The translations under genes and the position numbers were made by a program. Shown piece after piece: positions 42,798-51,207 of a stretch of DNA of 64,000 nucleotides; position 1 is the stretch's first letter; every line of letters begins with the position of its first letter. The stretch comes from an uncultured Acidobacteriaceae bacterium (GTDB taxonomy: Bacteria > Acidobacteriota > Terriglobia > Acidiferrales > UBA7541), in NCBI GenBank assembly GCA_964407845.1, contig CAYOXF010000104.1, forward strand, positions 250 through 64,249. Reading direction: 5' to 3'. The notes beneath the pieces were generated by a model. It did not search any database. It was not told the DNA's origin and saw only the letters and a list, made by a program, of their open reading frames with translations.

Positions 42798-43127
42798 ATG
42801 AAAATTGACGATTGGCGACGCAAGATCGACGCGATCGATACGGCCCTGCTGCATCTGCTGAACCTTCGTGCGGAGCTGTCGCTCGAAGTCGGCCGCATGA
42901 AGCGCGAAGCAGGCGTTCCGTTACGAGCTCCCGAACGCGAGCAGGAAATCTTGACGCGTATGAAGCAGGCCAACCCCGGCCCGCTCGACGGCAAAACGAT
43001 CGGGAAAATCTATCAGCTGATTCTCGATGAATCGATTCGTACACAAACGCGCTTTGGCTACAGCCTTCCGACACTTCCCAAAGCTCGAAGCGGTCGCGGC
43101 AAAAGCGCAAAGTCGGCGGGGCGATGA
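42798..43127 (+). CDS. Chorismate mutase (AroQ class)
   Basis: RRKIDAIDTALLHLLNLRAELSLEVGRMK is typical of an AroQ helix 1. The protein is 109 aa. Confidence 0.9.
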   Translation: MKIDDWRRKIDAIDTALLHLLNLRAELSLEVGRMKREAGVPLRAPEREQEILTRMKQANPGPLDGKTIGKIYQLILDESIRTQTRFGYSLPTLPKARSGRGKSAKSAGR

Positions 43128-43978
43128 ATCTGGAGAAGAATGCTCGTGTGGCGTTTCAGGGCGAGCGCGGCGCCTTTAGTGAGGAGGCGGCCGTGAAGCT
43201 TCTCGGCGAGGAAATCTCGCTCGTTCCGCGCCCCACGTTCGAGGCGGCTTTCCGAGCCATCACCGACGGTGTCGCGGACTACATTCTGGCGCCGATTGAG
43301 AACAGTCTGGCGGGCTCGGTCCACCGCTCATTCGATCTTCTCTTGGATAGCCGGCTGCATATTCTGGCGGAGGTTATCATTCCGATCGTGCACAACCTGA
43401 TTGCCGCACCGGGAGTGAAATTCGACGAAATTGCTGTGGTTGAATCCCATCCCGTCGCTCTGGCTCAATGCGAACAATTCTTTCTGGCTCACCCCCACCT
43501 GAAACGAATTGCCACCGAGGACACGGCCGGCAGTGTGCGCGAGGTGGTCAAGTCCCAGGATCATTCGCGAGCGGCCATCGCCGGTAGGCGCGCCGCGGAA
43601 ATGTACGGCGGTCACATTCTTCGTGAGCACCTGGAGGACCATCGTGAGAATTACACGCGGTTCCTGCTGCTTTCGGAGTCACAGGCCGCTTCGGAGAACG
43701 CCGACAAACTTTCACTCGTCTTTCAACTCCATCACCGGCCCGGCGCGCTCTATCACTCCCTCGAGCCATTTGCACGGCGCCACGTCAATCTGATGAAGAT
43801 CGAAAGTCGGCCGGTGCCCGGCAGCCCGTGGCAGTACCGCTTCTATTTGGATTTGCAGGCGTCCCGGCACGACCCGGAAGTGGCCGCGGCGCTCAGCGAA
43901 TTGGAAAAGCTGGTGGTAGATTTGCGGATCCTCGGATCGTACGTTTCCGCTCCGCGATCCGACAGCAGGAAATCTTAG
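43124..43978 (+). CDS. pheA: Prephenate dehydratase
   Basis: PDT domain (AFQGERGAFSEEA) and a C-terminal ACT domain with the ESRP motif (NLMKIESRPV). Confidence 0.9.
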   Translation: MNLEKNARVAFQGERGAFSEEAAVKLLGEEISLVPRPTFEAAFRAITDGVADYILAPIENSLAGSVHRSFDLLLDSRLHILAEVIIPIVHNLIAAPGVKFDEIAVVESHPVALAQCEQFFLAHPHLKRIATEDTAGSVREVVKSQDHSRAAIAGRRAAEMYGGHILREHLEDHRENYTRFLLLSESQAASENADKLSLVFQLHHRPGALYHSLEPFARRHVNLMKIESRPVPGSPWQYRFYLDLQASRHDPEVAAALSELEKLVVDLRILGSYVSAPRSDSRKS

Positions 43979-43995
43979 GACTCTGCGAGGGGAAT

Positions 43996-45066
43996 ATGAT
44001 TTTCAACATGTTGGGCGAGGCGACCGAAGAGCAGATCAATCACATCGTGGACCGCATCAAGGAATGCGGTTTCGAAGCCCATCTCATCCGGGGAAAGGAA
44101 CGGACCGTGATTGGAGTCGTGGGCAATAGCGACAAGCGCCGCGAAGAGCTTCTCGCACTCAGCTCCGCACCTGGCGTGGAAGAAATCGTACGCATTTCGC
44201 ATCCCTTCAAGCTGGCGGCACGGAGCGTACGTCCGGAAGGCAGCGTGATCGATCTGGGCAAGGGTGTCGCGGCCGGCGGTTCGGAGGTGATCGTTGCCGC
44301 AGGGCCGTGCGCTGTCGAATCGTCTGAGCAGATTCACACCATCGCCGCGCGCGTCGCCAGGGCCGGCGCCAAGCTGCTGCGCGGCGGGGCCTTCAAGCCT
44401 CGCTCCTCGCCCTATAGCTTTCAGGGTCTCGGAGAGGCGGGGCTGAAAATGATGCGCGAGGCAGCGGACCAAAATGGTCTGCTTGTCGTCAGCGAAGTGA
44501 TGGACCCTTCGCAGATCGAAATCATGCTCCCCTACGTGGATGTGCTGCAGGTAGGGGCGCGCAACATGCAGAATTACCACCTGCTCCGTGGGCTCGGCGA
44601 AGTCGACAAGCCCGTATTACTGAAACGCGGCATGTCCGCGACACTCGAAGAACTGTTGCTGAGCGCCGAATACATCATGTCCGGGGGGAACTACAAAGTG
44701 ATTCTGTGTGAGCGCGGAATCCGCACCTTCGAGACATATCTGCGCAACACGCTCGATATCGCCGCGATCCCCGTTATCAAAAGTCTTTCGCACCTTCCCA
44801 TCTTTGCCGATCCGTCGCACGGTACGGGCCGGCGGGACAAAGTGGCGGCGATGGCGCGCGCGGCCGTTGCGGCCGGGGCCGATGGTCTCATCATTGAGGT
44901 GCATCCCGATCCCGAACGAGCCCTTTCCGATGGCGTGCAGTCACTCTACCCGGATCAGTTCGCACAGTTGATGAAGGAGATTCACCTCATCGCTCCGGCC
45001 GTCGGACGCTACGTCGCCGAGCCAGAGGCTGCGGCCTACGGGGGCGTTGCCTCAGGGGCCCGCTAG
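43996..45066 (+). CDS. 3-deoxy-7-phosphoheptulonate (DAHP) synthase, type I-beta with an N-terminal regulatory domain
   Basis: ATG 43996 (MIFNMLGEATEEQINHIVDRIKECGFEAH, an ACT/ferredoxin-like domain) is followed by a DAHPS/KDO8PS fold (GPCAVES, FADPSHG). Confidence 0.9.
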   Translation: MIFNMLGEATEEQINHIVDRIKECGFEAHLIRGKERTVIGVVGNSDKRREELLALSSAPGVEEIVRISHPFKLAARSVRPEGSVIDLGKGVAAGGSEVIVAAGPCAVESSEQIHTIAARVARAGAKLLRGGAFKPRSSPYSFQGLGEAGLKMMREAADQNGLLVVSEVMDPSQIEIMLPYVDVLQVGARNMQNYHLLRGLGEVDKPVLLKRGMSATLEELLLSAEYIMSGGNYKVILCERGIRTFETYLRNTLDIAAIPVIKSLSHLPIFADPSHGTGRRDKVAAMARAAVAAGADGLIIEVHPDPERALSDGVQSLYPDQFAQLMKEIHLIAPAVGRYVAEPEAAAYGGVASGAR

Positions 45067-45351
45067 ATGAAACCCGTACTTTTGAAAGATTGCGCCTGCT
45101 TCTGAGCTGAGCAGGAATGCGGCGAACTGCTTTGCGGCCGCGGGATTCTTCGAGCCCTTGATGAGCGCGACCGGATAGATGACCGGCGCGTAGGATGTTT
45201 CCGGGGCCCGAGCCACAATCTTTACCTGCGAGGACATCGAGAGTACCTTTCAGGCTGACTCGATAGGAGACGGCTCTGCCGGAGGAGGGGCCAAAGCGAA
45301 GCTCCCGAGGCACACAGCGAGCGACAAAGCCGCAATGCTTTCGAGGACGCG
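45052..45351 (-). pseudogene. modA: modA (molybdate-binding protein) remnant with an internal deletion
   Basis: GTG 45351 follows GGGAGGAGG and encodes a signal peptide (FWRVLESIAALSLAVCLGSFALA). An in-frame TGA occurs at 45250-45252. The frame then reads VKIVARAPETSYAPVIYPVALIKGSKNPAAAKQFAAFLLSSEAGAIFQKYGF, which matches only the last ~57 residues of ModA. The total is about 100 codons against about 250 expected. Confidence 0.6.
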
Positions 45352-45429
45352 CCAGAACACAGACCTCCTCCCAGAAGACGCTCTTCTGCGTCAGATCCAA
45401 TCGATATAACCCGCTTGAGGAGGCTGCGT

Positions 45430-45852
45430 TCAGACGCGAACGATCATTACCTCGGTGGATTTGATGAGCGCGGCTGCCTTATCCCCCACTTTGAGGCGCA
45501 GCTCGCGCACCGCATCGGCCGTAATGATGGAAGTGATTTTTTGTCCCCCGATCGAGAGTGTCACTTGTGCCATCAAACCATCGATCTTCACTTCCGTAAC
45601 ACGGCCGACCAGTTGGTTGCGCCCGCTAATCTGCCGAAAGTGTGCTCTGCGTTCCTCGACCGGCAAGCGCTCGGAATGAAGGTGCAAGAACTTGTCCAAT
45701 TCTGTTTCGGGGATCCGATGATGGCCGCCGGCCGTCTTTACCGTGGCGAGCTTCTTCTTGTATATCCACTGCTTCAGCGTGGGATAACTGATCCCCAGCA
45801 CCTTGGCGGCATCGCGAGGGGTTAGCAGCTTGGAAGTGCGGATCACGTTCAC
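45430..45852 (-). CDS. MerR/excisionase-type HTH + TOBE (molybdate-binding) domain regulator, ModE-like
   Basis: N-terminal HTH (LLTPRDAAKVLGISYPTLKQWI). The C-terminal TOBE domain reads SGRNQLVGRVTEVKIDGLMAQVTL...LIKSTEVMI. Confidence 0.8.
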   Translation of the reverse strand: MNVIRTSKLLTPRDAAKVLGISYPTLKQWIYKKKLATVKTAGGHHRIPETELDKFLHLHSERLPVEERRAHFRQISGRNQLVGRVTEVKIDGLMAQVTLSIGGQKITSIITADAVRELRLKVGDKAAALIKSTEVMIVRV

Positions 45853-45972
45853 TGGACCATGTTTCTAGCCTACCTTGACCCGCCGCGTCAACCGCCCGAG
45901 CGTGCTTGGGCACCCGACGAGGGTCCGTATACCCCCCGTTTAGGGAGTCGCTTCCGATTGCCGGCGGCCGCA

Positions 45973-46001
45973 TTGACAGGGTCCGCCGCCCGGGCTATCC
46001 T
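45973..46001 (+). promoter_or_regulatory. Sigma-70-like promoter for the cys leader (TTGACA-17 nt-TATCCT)
   Basis: A consensus -35, 17-nt spacing and a -10 ending 7 nt before the leader ATG. This implies a leaderless or near-leaderless leader peptide. Confidence 0.5.
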
Positions 46002-46008
46002 GCTTAGG

Positions 46009-46098
46009 ATGAGCCCAGTCCAAGCCACGGCTCGCTGTGGTTGTTGTAGCCCGCGGAAGATGTGTGCGTTGCCGAGGGCGCTGGGATCAACAAGCTAA
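46009..46098 (+). CDS. Cys-rich leader peptide (MSPVQATARCGCCSPRKMCALPRALGSTS)
   Basis: 29 codons, with Cys at 10, 12, 13 and 19 (all TGT). It lies upstream of a terminator and cysD. CCGAGGGCG (46072-46080), inside the ORF, is the exact complement of the terminator 5' arm (46130-46138). Confidence 0.6.
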   Translation: MSPVQATARCGCCSPRKMCALPRALGSTS

Positions 46099-46127
46099 GT
46101 TAAAACAAAAACTGGGCTTGAACGCGG

Positions 46128-46163
46128 CCCGCCCTCGGAGGAGATCCGGGAGGCGGGTTTTTT
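46128..46163 (+). terminator. Intrinsic terminator of the cys attenuator
   Basis: CCCGCCCTCGG-AGGAGAT-CCGGGaGGCGGG is followed by TTTTTTGTT, directly before cysD. Confidence 0.7.
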
Positions 46164-46187
46164 GTTATGGCTAGGGAAGAATTCATA

Positions 46188-47123
46188 ATGGATCTGGACC
46201 CTCAGGACCGAGTGGAGAGCAGGTCGGGCCGTCGCGACCATCTGAAGATGCTTGAGGCCGAGAGCATTTTCATTTTGCGCGAGGCGGCGGCCGAGTTTGC
46301 CCATCCTGTCATGCTGTATTCGATTGGCAAGGATTCTTCCGTGATGTTGCGCCTGGCACAAAAAGCGTTCTATCCAGGCAAGATTCCATTTCCCCTCCTG
46401 CATGTCGATACCAGCTATAAGTTTCCTGAAATGATCGAGTTTCGCGATTGGTATGCCAAACACGTCGGTGCCGAGCTGATCGTGCACAAGAATCAGAAAG
46501 CGCTGGACGAAGGTGCGAATCCCTACACGCTCGGTACGCAGAAGTGCTGCGGGTTGCTGAAGACCCGGTCACTGCTGGACGCGCTCGCCGAAGGTGGATT
46601 CGACGCGGCATTCGGGGGTGCGCGTCGCGACGAGGAGAAGTCACGTGCCAAGGAACGCGTCTATTCATTTCGTGACGCCTTAGGCCAGTGGGATCCCAAA
46701 AACCAGCGGCCTGAGCTGTGGAGCCTCTACAACGGGCGCCATCACAAGGGCGAGAGCATTCGCGTGTTTCCGCTCTCGAATTGGACCGAACTCGACGTCT
46801 GGCTCTACATTCACGAGGAAAAGATTCCCATCGTGCCGCTCTATTTCGCCAAGGAGCGGGAAGCCGTGGTGAGGGGCCATTCGATCCTCCTCACGCAAAC
46901 CGGCGTCCGCTTGTTGCCTGGCGAGAAAAAGGAAATGGTGAAGTGCCGGATGAGATCGCTCGGGTGCGTGCCGTGCACGGGTGGAATCCGATCCGATGCC
47001 GATACAGTCCCCAAGATCATCGAGGAGATGATCTCGTTTCGTCGCTCGGAGCGTGAAAACCGCGTTATCGATCATGACGAAGAGGGCTCGATGGAACTCA
47101 AGAAGCGGGAGGGATATTTCTGA
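46188..47123 (+). CDS. cysD: Sulfate adenylyltransferase subunit 2
   Basis: PP-loop [10 protein letters not shown] and the [11 protein letters not shown] block. ATG 46188 follows AGGGAAG. The ATG at 46167 abuts the terminator T-tract. Confidence 0.95.
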   Translation: MDLDPQDRVESRSGRRDHLKMLEAESIFILREAAAEFAHPVMLYSIGKDSSVMLRLAQKAFYPGKIPFPLLHVDTSYKFPEMIEFRDWYAKHVGAELIVHKNQKALDEGANPYTLGTQKCCGLLKTRSLLDALAEGGFDAAFGGARRDEEKSRAKERVYSFRDALGQWDPKNQRPELWSLYNGRHHKGESIRVFPLSNWTELDVWLYIHEEKIPIVPLYFAKEREAVVRGHSILLTQTGVRLLPGEKKEMVKCRMRSLGCVPCTGGIRSDADTVPKIIEEMISFRRSERENRVIDHDEEGSMELKKREGYF

Positions 47124-48880
47124 TGTCCACAACGAGGCCCGAGTCAGCTCGCTCGGCTCCGACGTCAGTGTCGCCCGCCGCTGCCACGGGAATTGCCGGT
47201 TCGCTCACCCGAAACTCCGAACTGCTGCGATTTTCGACCGCGGGAAGTGTGGACGATGGCAAATCGACGCTCATTGGCCGCCTACTCTACGATAGCCAAT
47301 CGGTTTTCGAGGATCAGCTGGCCTCGGTGAGAAAGAGCAAGATCAATCGGTCGAGTGGTCCGATCGATTTTTCGCTTTTAACCGACGGCCTGCGGGCCGA
47401 GCGCGAGCAGGGAATCACCATCGACGTTGCCTACCGCTATTTCGCGACGCCCCGACGCAAGTTCATCATTGCAGACACGCCCGGCCACGAGCAGTACACA
47501 CGCAACATGGCCACCGGCGCCTCGACCGCTGAGGCGGCCGTTGTTCTGATGGATGCCACAAAGGGTGTTCTGCGGCAGTCACGCCGTCATGCCTTTATCG
47601 CCCATTTGCTCGGCGTCGAGCACATCATCGCTGCTGTGAACAAGATGGATCTGGTGGCGTTTTCCGAGGAAGTCTTCGAGCGCATCGCGGCGGACTTTCG
47701 CGCCTTCGCCGATCAGTTGGGAATCGGCGACGTGTACACCGTTCCGGTGAGCGCGCTAGAGGGCGACAACGTGGTGCGGCCAAGCAAACGCATGCCCTGG
47801 TTTGAAGGCCCTGCCTTGCTGGAATACCTGGAGACGATTCCGGTCGATCGTAAATCCACCCAAGTGCCGTTGCGCTTGCCGGTGCAGTATGTGATTCGGC
47901 CAGATGCGAGCTTTCGCGGGTTCGCTGGCCAGCTCGTGTCGGGCGAACTCGGCCCGGGAATGCCCGTTATGGCCCTGCCGTCTCGCGTGAAGACGCACAT
48001 CCAATCGCTGGTCGCGTTTGAGACGGAAATGGAGTCCGCCACTTCGGGCGATTCCATCACCATCACCCTAGCGGATGAAATCGATCTGAGCCGCGGCGAC
48101 ATGCTCGTCGACCCTCAACACGTGCCCTTGGTGGGCACGGAATTACAAGCGATGGTTGTCTGGATGCATTCCGAACCGCTCGATCCCCACAAAATCTATC
48201 TTTTGAAGCACACCACGCGCACGGTACGTGCTCGCGTTCATCAGATTCGTCATCGCGTCGACATCAACACGCTCGAGCACGTGCCGGCCACGAAACTGGA
48301 CATGAACGATATCGCTGCCGTCGACGTAAAAACGACACTTCCCCTGTTTTTCGATCCGTACCGTCTGAACCGCTCGACCGGCAGCTTCATCCTGATCGAT
48401 CCCTTGACGAATGCCACGGTCGGTGCCGGCATCATTGAGCGCGCGATTGACCACGGCCAAGGAGTGCGCCCCGGCGCGACAGGCCACCGCAAGCGCACCA
48501 CTAGAGACGAGCGCCTGCTGCGCTACGGACATCCCTCAGCGGCCATCTGGCTCAAAGGCCGGCCGCACGTGGCCGAATTGATCGAGCGCATGCTGTTTGA
48601 CGAAGGCTGGCACGTCCAGCTCGCCGGCCCGAATGACTTTTTGGCGCACGAGCTGGCGACTGTCGCGAAAGCGTACCGCTCCTCCGGCCACATTACCATC
48701 TTCTCGCCACTGGACGATGGCACGGATCAAAAGCAGATCGTCCGCGCGATATTCGGTCCAGACTCCTTTTTCCATGTGCGGATCGATGATAAGACTGACG
48801 AAGAAGCTGCCCAGAAAATTGTGGGCATTCTGCGCAAATGGCGCGACACCCACTCCGACAAGGGAAAAAACAAGCCGTGA
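47123..48880 (+). CDS. cysN: Sulfate adenylyltransferase subunit 1 (GTPase) with a degenerate C-terminal APS-kinase-like domain
   Basis: G1 GSVDDGKSTLIGRLL, G3 DTPGHEQY and G4 NKMD. In the C-terminal ~145 aa, which aligns by eye to APS kinase, the P-loop position reads WLKGRPHVAEL. Confidence 0.9.
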   Translation: MSTTRPESARSAPTSVSPAAATGIAGSLTRNSELLRFSTAGSVDDGKSTLIGRLLYDSQSVFEDQLASVRKSKINRSSGPIDFSLLTDGLRAEREQGITIDVAYRYFATPRRKFIIADTPGHEQYTRNMATGASTAEAAVVLMDATKGVLRQSRRHAFIAHLLGVEHIIAAVNKMDLVAFSEEVFERIAADFRAFADQLGIGDVYTVPVSALEGDNVVRPSKRMPWFEGPALLEYLETIPVDRKSTQVPLRLPVQYVIRPDASFRGFAGQLVSGELGPGMPVMALPSRVKTHIQSLVAFETEMESATSGDSITITLADEIDLSRGDMLVDPQHVPLVGTELQAMVVWMHSEPLDPHKIYLLKHTTRTVRARVHQIRHRVDINTLEHVPATKLDMNDIAAVDVKTTLPLFFDPYRLNRSTGSFILIDPLTNATVGAGIIERAIDHGQGVRPGATGHRKRTTRDERLLRYGHPSAAIWLKGRPHVAELIERMLFDEGWHVQLAGPNDFLAHELATVAKAYRSSGHITIFSPLDDGTDQKQIVRAIFGPDSFFHVRIDDKTDEEAAQKIVGILRKWRDTHSDKGKNKP

Positions 48881-49590
48881 CGACGCCCCTGCTCACCGAA
48901 GAATTTGAGAGCCTCTCGGTGGATCGAATCATCGACCGACTGCTCGCCGAGCACGCTTCGGCCGCGGCACGGGGCTCCTTCTGCATCACTTGCAGCTTTC
49001 AGGCTGAAGACATGATCGTGCTCGATTTCCTGCGGCGGCGACTCCCGCGCATTCCCGTGCTGTTTCTCGACACGGGCTATCACTTCGCCGAAACCTACGC
49101 CTATCGCGACCGCATGGCCAGCGCTTGGAATTTGAACCTTCAGAATCTCTCTGCGAAGCAGTCGGTTGCCGAGCAGGAGGCCCAGTTTGGAATTTTGAAC
49201 CGCACCGATCCCGCTCGCTGCTGCCATCTTCGAAAAGTCGAGCCACTATTCGGAGCGCTCGAGGCTTTCGACGTTTGGTTCACGGGGCTGCGCCGCGAGC
49301 AATCCCCTACGCGCAAGAATCTGAAAGTCATCGAGCATCACGAACTTCCCAGCGGCAAGAAACTTCTGAAGGTGAATCCTCTGGCGGCGTGGACCTGGGG
49401 CCAAGTCTGGAAATACACGGCCGAACACGCGATCGATTCTCTGCCGCTTTACGACTTCGGCTATCGCAGCATCGGGTGCGAACCCTGCACTGCGATTCCG
49501 GCCGAAGGAGCGGATGCACGCTCGGGGAGATGGGGAGGCCGGAAACTCGAGTGCGGAATTCACACGGAGTCGAGGCGGGAGGATGAATGA
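48877..49590 (+). CDS. cysH: Assimilatory adenylylsulfate (APS)/PAPS reductase, Fe-S cluster type
   Basis: RCCHLRKVEPL (CC pair), CEPCT (CxxC) and catalytic ECGIH. A GTGA overlap with the cysN stop favours GTG 48877. Confidence 0.9.
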   Translation: MTTPLLTEEFESLSVDRIIDRLLAEHASAAARGSFCITCSFQAEDMIVLDFLRRRLPRIPVLFLDTGYHFAETYAYRDRMASAWNLNLQNLSAKQSVAEQEAQFGILNRTDPARCCHLRKVEPLFGALEAFDVWFTGLRREQSPTRKNLKVIEHHELPSGKKLLKVNPLAAWTWGQVWKYTAEHAIDSLPLYDFGYRSIGCEPCTAIPAEGADARSGRWGGRKLECGIHTESRREDE

Positions 49591-50402
49591 ACCTCCTCAT
49601 CGGGCTTGCCATCGCGCTCGCTGTGGGGCTAACGGGCATTGGCGGCGGCAGTTTCACCGTTCCGGCCCTCGTTCTCCTGGTTGGCATGCCTGCTGAAACG
49701 TCGGTCGGCACGGCCTTCGTTTTTGCAGGTGTCCTCAGGCTGGTGGCAGCACCCTTTTATCTAGCGGGACGTCACGTGCACTGGCGATATCTGTGGCTTC
49801 TCACGCAGGGTGCGGTACCAGGGCTTTTGGTAGGGACGTACGCGCTTCGATGGCTCAGCCATGGCTCCAATAGCCCGATCATCGTCATTCTGCTAGGAAT
49901 GCTGCTGACCGCATCCTCCAGCATCACGTTCATTCCGGCGGCGCAAAACCGCACTTTCACGAAGAAGAATTCGCGCTGGCTGCCGTGGCTCGCACTGCCC
50001 ATCGGCGTGGAGGCGGGATTTTCTTCCGCCGGTGCCGGTGCTCTTGGGACGGTGCTTCTGCTCAACTATTCCGAGATGACGCCACCGGAGGTAGTCGGCA
50101 CCGACATTTTATTTGGCCTCGTGTTGGCTGTGCTCGGAAGTGCTTTCCACTGGAAGTTCGGGTCGATCAGCAGCCGCGTCCTCATTCAGCTACTCGAGGG
50201 CGGATTGCCCGGGGTCATCATCGGCTGCCTGTTCGCGCGTCGCGTGCCGGCTCGAAAACTGAAGCTTGCGATCGCCACGATCGCCATCTTTGCGGGGCTT
50301 CAACTCATCTACAGCGGCTCACGCAGCTTGTGGGGAAGATCTTCTCTCAGAGCGGCCATGGCGGCCGACCGTTCTCGTCCCTATTTGACGAGGCACTGCT
50401 GA
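49587..50402 (+). CDS. TauE/SafE-family (sulfite exporter-like) membrane protein
   Basis: 271 aa and polytopic, starting LIGLAIALAVGLTGIGGGSFTVPALVLL, typical of DUF81/TauE. It has an ATGA overlap with cysH. Confidence 0.85.
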   Translation: MNLLIGLAIALAVGLTGIGGGSFTVPALVLLVGMPAETSVGTAFVFAGVLRLVAAPFYLAGRHVHWRYLWLLTQGAVPGLLVGTYALRWLSHGSNSPIIVILLGMLLTASSSITFIPAAQNRTFTKKNSRWLPWLALPIGVEAGFSSAGAGALGTVLLLNYSEMTPPEVVGTDILFGLVLAVLGSAFHWKFGSISSRVLIQLLEGGLPGVIIGCLFARRVPARKLKLAIATIAIFAGLQLIYSGSRSLWGRSSLRAAMAADRSRPYLTRHC

Positions 50403-50418
50403 GGACTCTAGAAAATGA

Positions 50419-51066
50419 TTACTGTCCTCCTGATTTGCCCGTTGCTTTTCCCAACTCCTGCTCGATCTCGCGGGCCATTTTTAGGTGATCCTCGAGCGTT
50501 GGCAGGGTCTGCAGGGCGAAATTCTTGATCGCTTGATTCTGACCTCTCGTTGCTTCCTGCTTAAAGGCAGTGACGTCATTCTGATGATCGCGGACCATAT
50601 CCCGAGCGTAAGCACGGTCAAAGGCCTCTCCGGAAAGCTCGGAGAGCCGGTCATAGGCTTTCTGATTCTTCTTGCTGAGTTCGGTCGGCAGCTTGACCTT
50701 CTCGCGCAAGGCGACATCCTTCAGCTGTTCGTTGGCCTTCGAGTGATCCTCGACCATTCGCTTCCCAAAGCTTTTCACAGCATCGCTTGACCCTTTTTCT
50801 TCTGCCAGCTGGCCGAGCTTGACCTCGACCAAACCGCCCTGAGCTGCATCCTTCACGAAGTCTTCGTCGCTGAAGACGCTTTCAGGGGTGGGCACGGGCT
50901 GATTCTGCATGCTGGGGTTGGGGTTCAGACCTGGCGAGGGCTGCCCCTGCGGATACTGTCCTTGCGGCGAATTCATGCCCTGACCGTAAAGCAGTGCCGC
51001 CACGAACAAAGCCAGGCCGACTGCTGCTGACCGCTGAGCGATTCTTCCGAGCAGATCGTCTTTCAT
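50419..51066 (-). CDS. DUF4142 domain-containing secreted protein
   Basis: Signal/TM segment, a Gln/Pro-rich linker, and repeated four-helix blocks (FVKDAAQGGLVEVKLGQLA, MVEDHSKAN, MVRDHQNDV). Confidence 0.8.
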   Translation of the reverse strand: MKDDLLGRIAQRSAAVGLALFVAALLYGQGMNSPQGQYPQGQPSPGLNPNPSMQNQPVPTPESVFSDEDFVKDAAQGGLVEVKLGQLAEEKGSSDAVKSFGKRMVEDHSKANEQLKDVALREKVKLPTELSKKNQKAYDRLSELSGEAFDRAYARDMVRDHQNDVTAFKQEATRGQNQAIKNFALQTLPTLEDHLKMAREIEQELGKATGKSGGQ

Positions 51067-51207
51067 AGCACTGGTCCTCCCGAGCCTAGCCTAGGGTAGC
51101 AGCTGCGTACGGACAATCCAGTAGTTTTGGTAGGGCTCTTGGGGCGAGCGGGTACCCCTTAGGGAGTGTTTCTCGGTCGGGATCGATGGGTGCAGAAACT
51201 GGCGTCG

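Noticed and set aside
45250-45252. In-frame TGA inside the modA remnant, considered as a second selenocysteine codon
   Set aside because: There is no downstream hairpin and no redox motif around it. Even with read-through the product is only about 100 aa and lacks the ModA core, so a deletion pseudogene explains it better.
46167-46187. ATG 46167 as the cysD start (as in the ORF track)
   Set aside because: It directly abuts the terminator T-tract and has no RBS. ATG 46188 is preceded by AGGGAAG, and the CysD homology begins after it. The 7 extra codons cannot be excluded.
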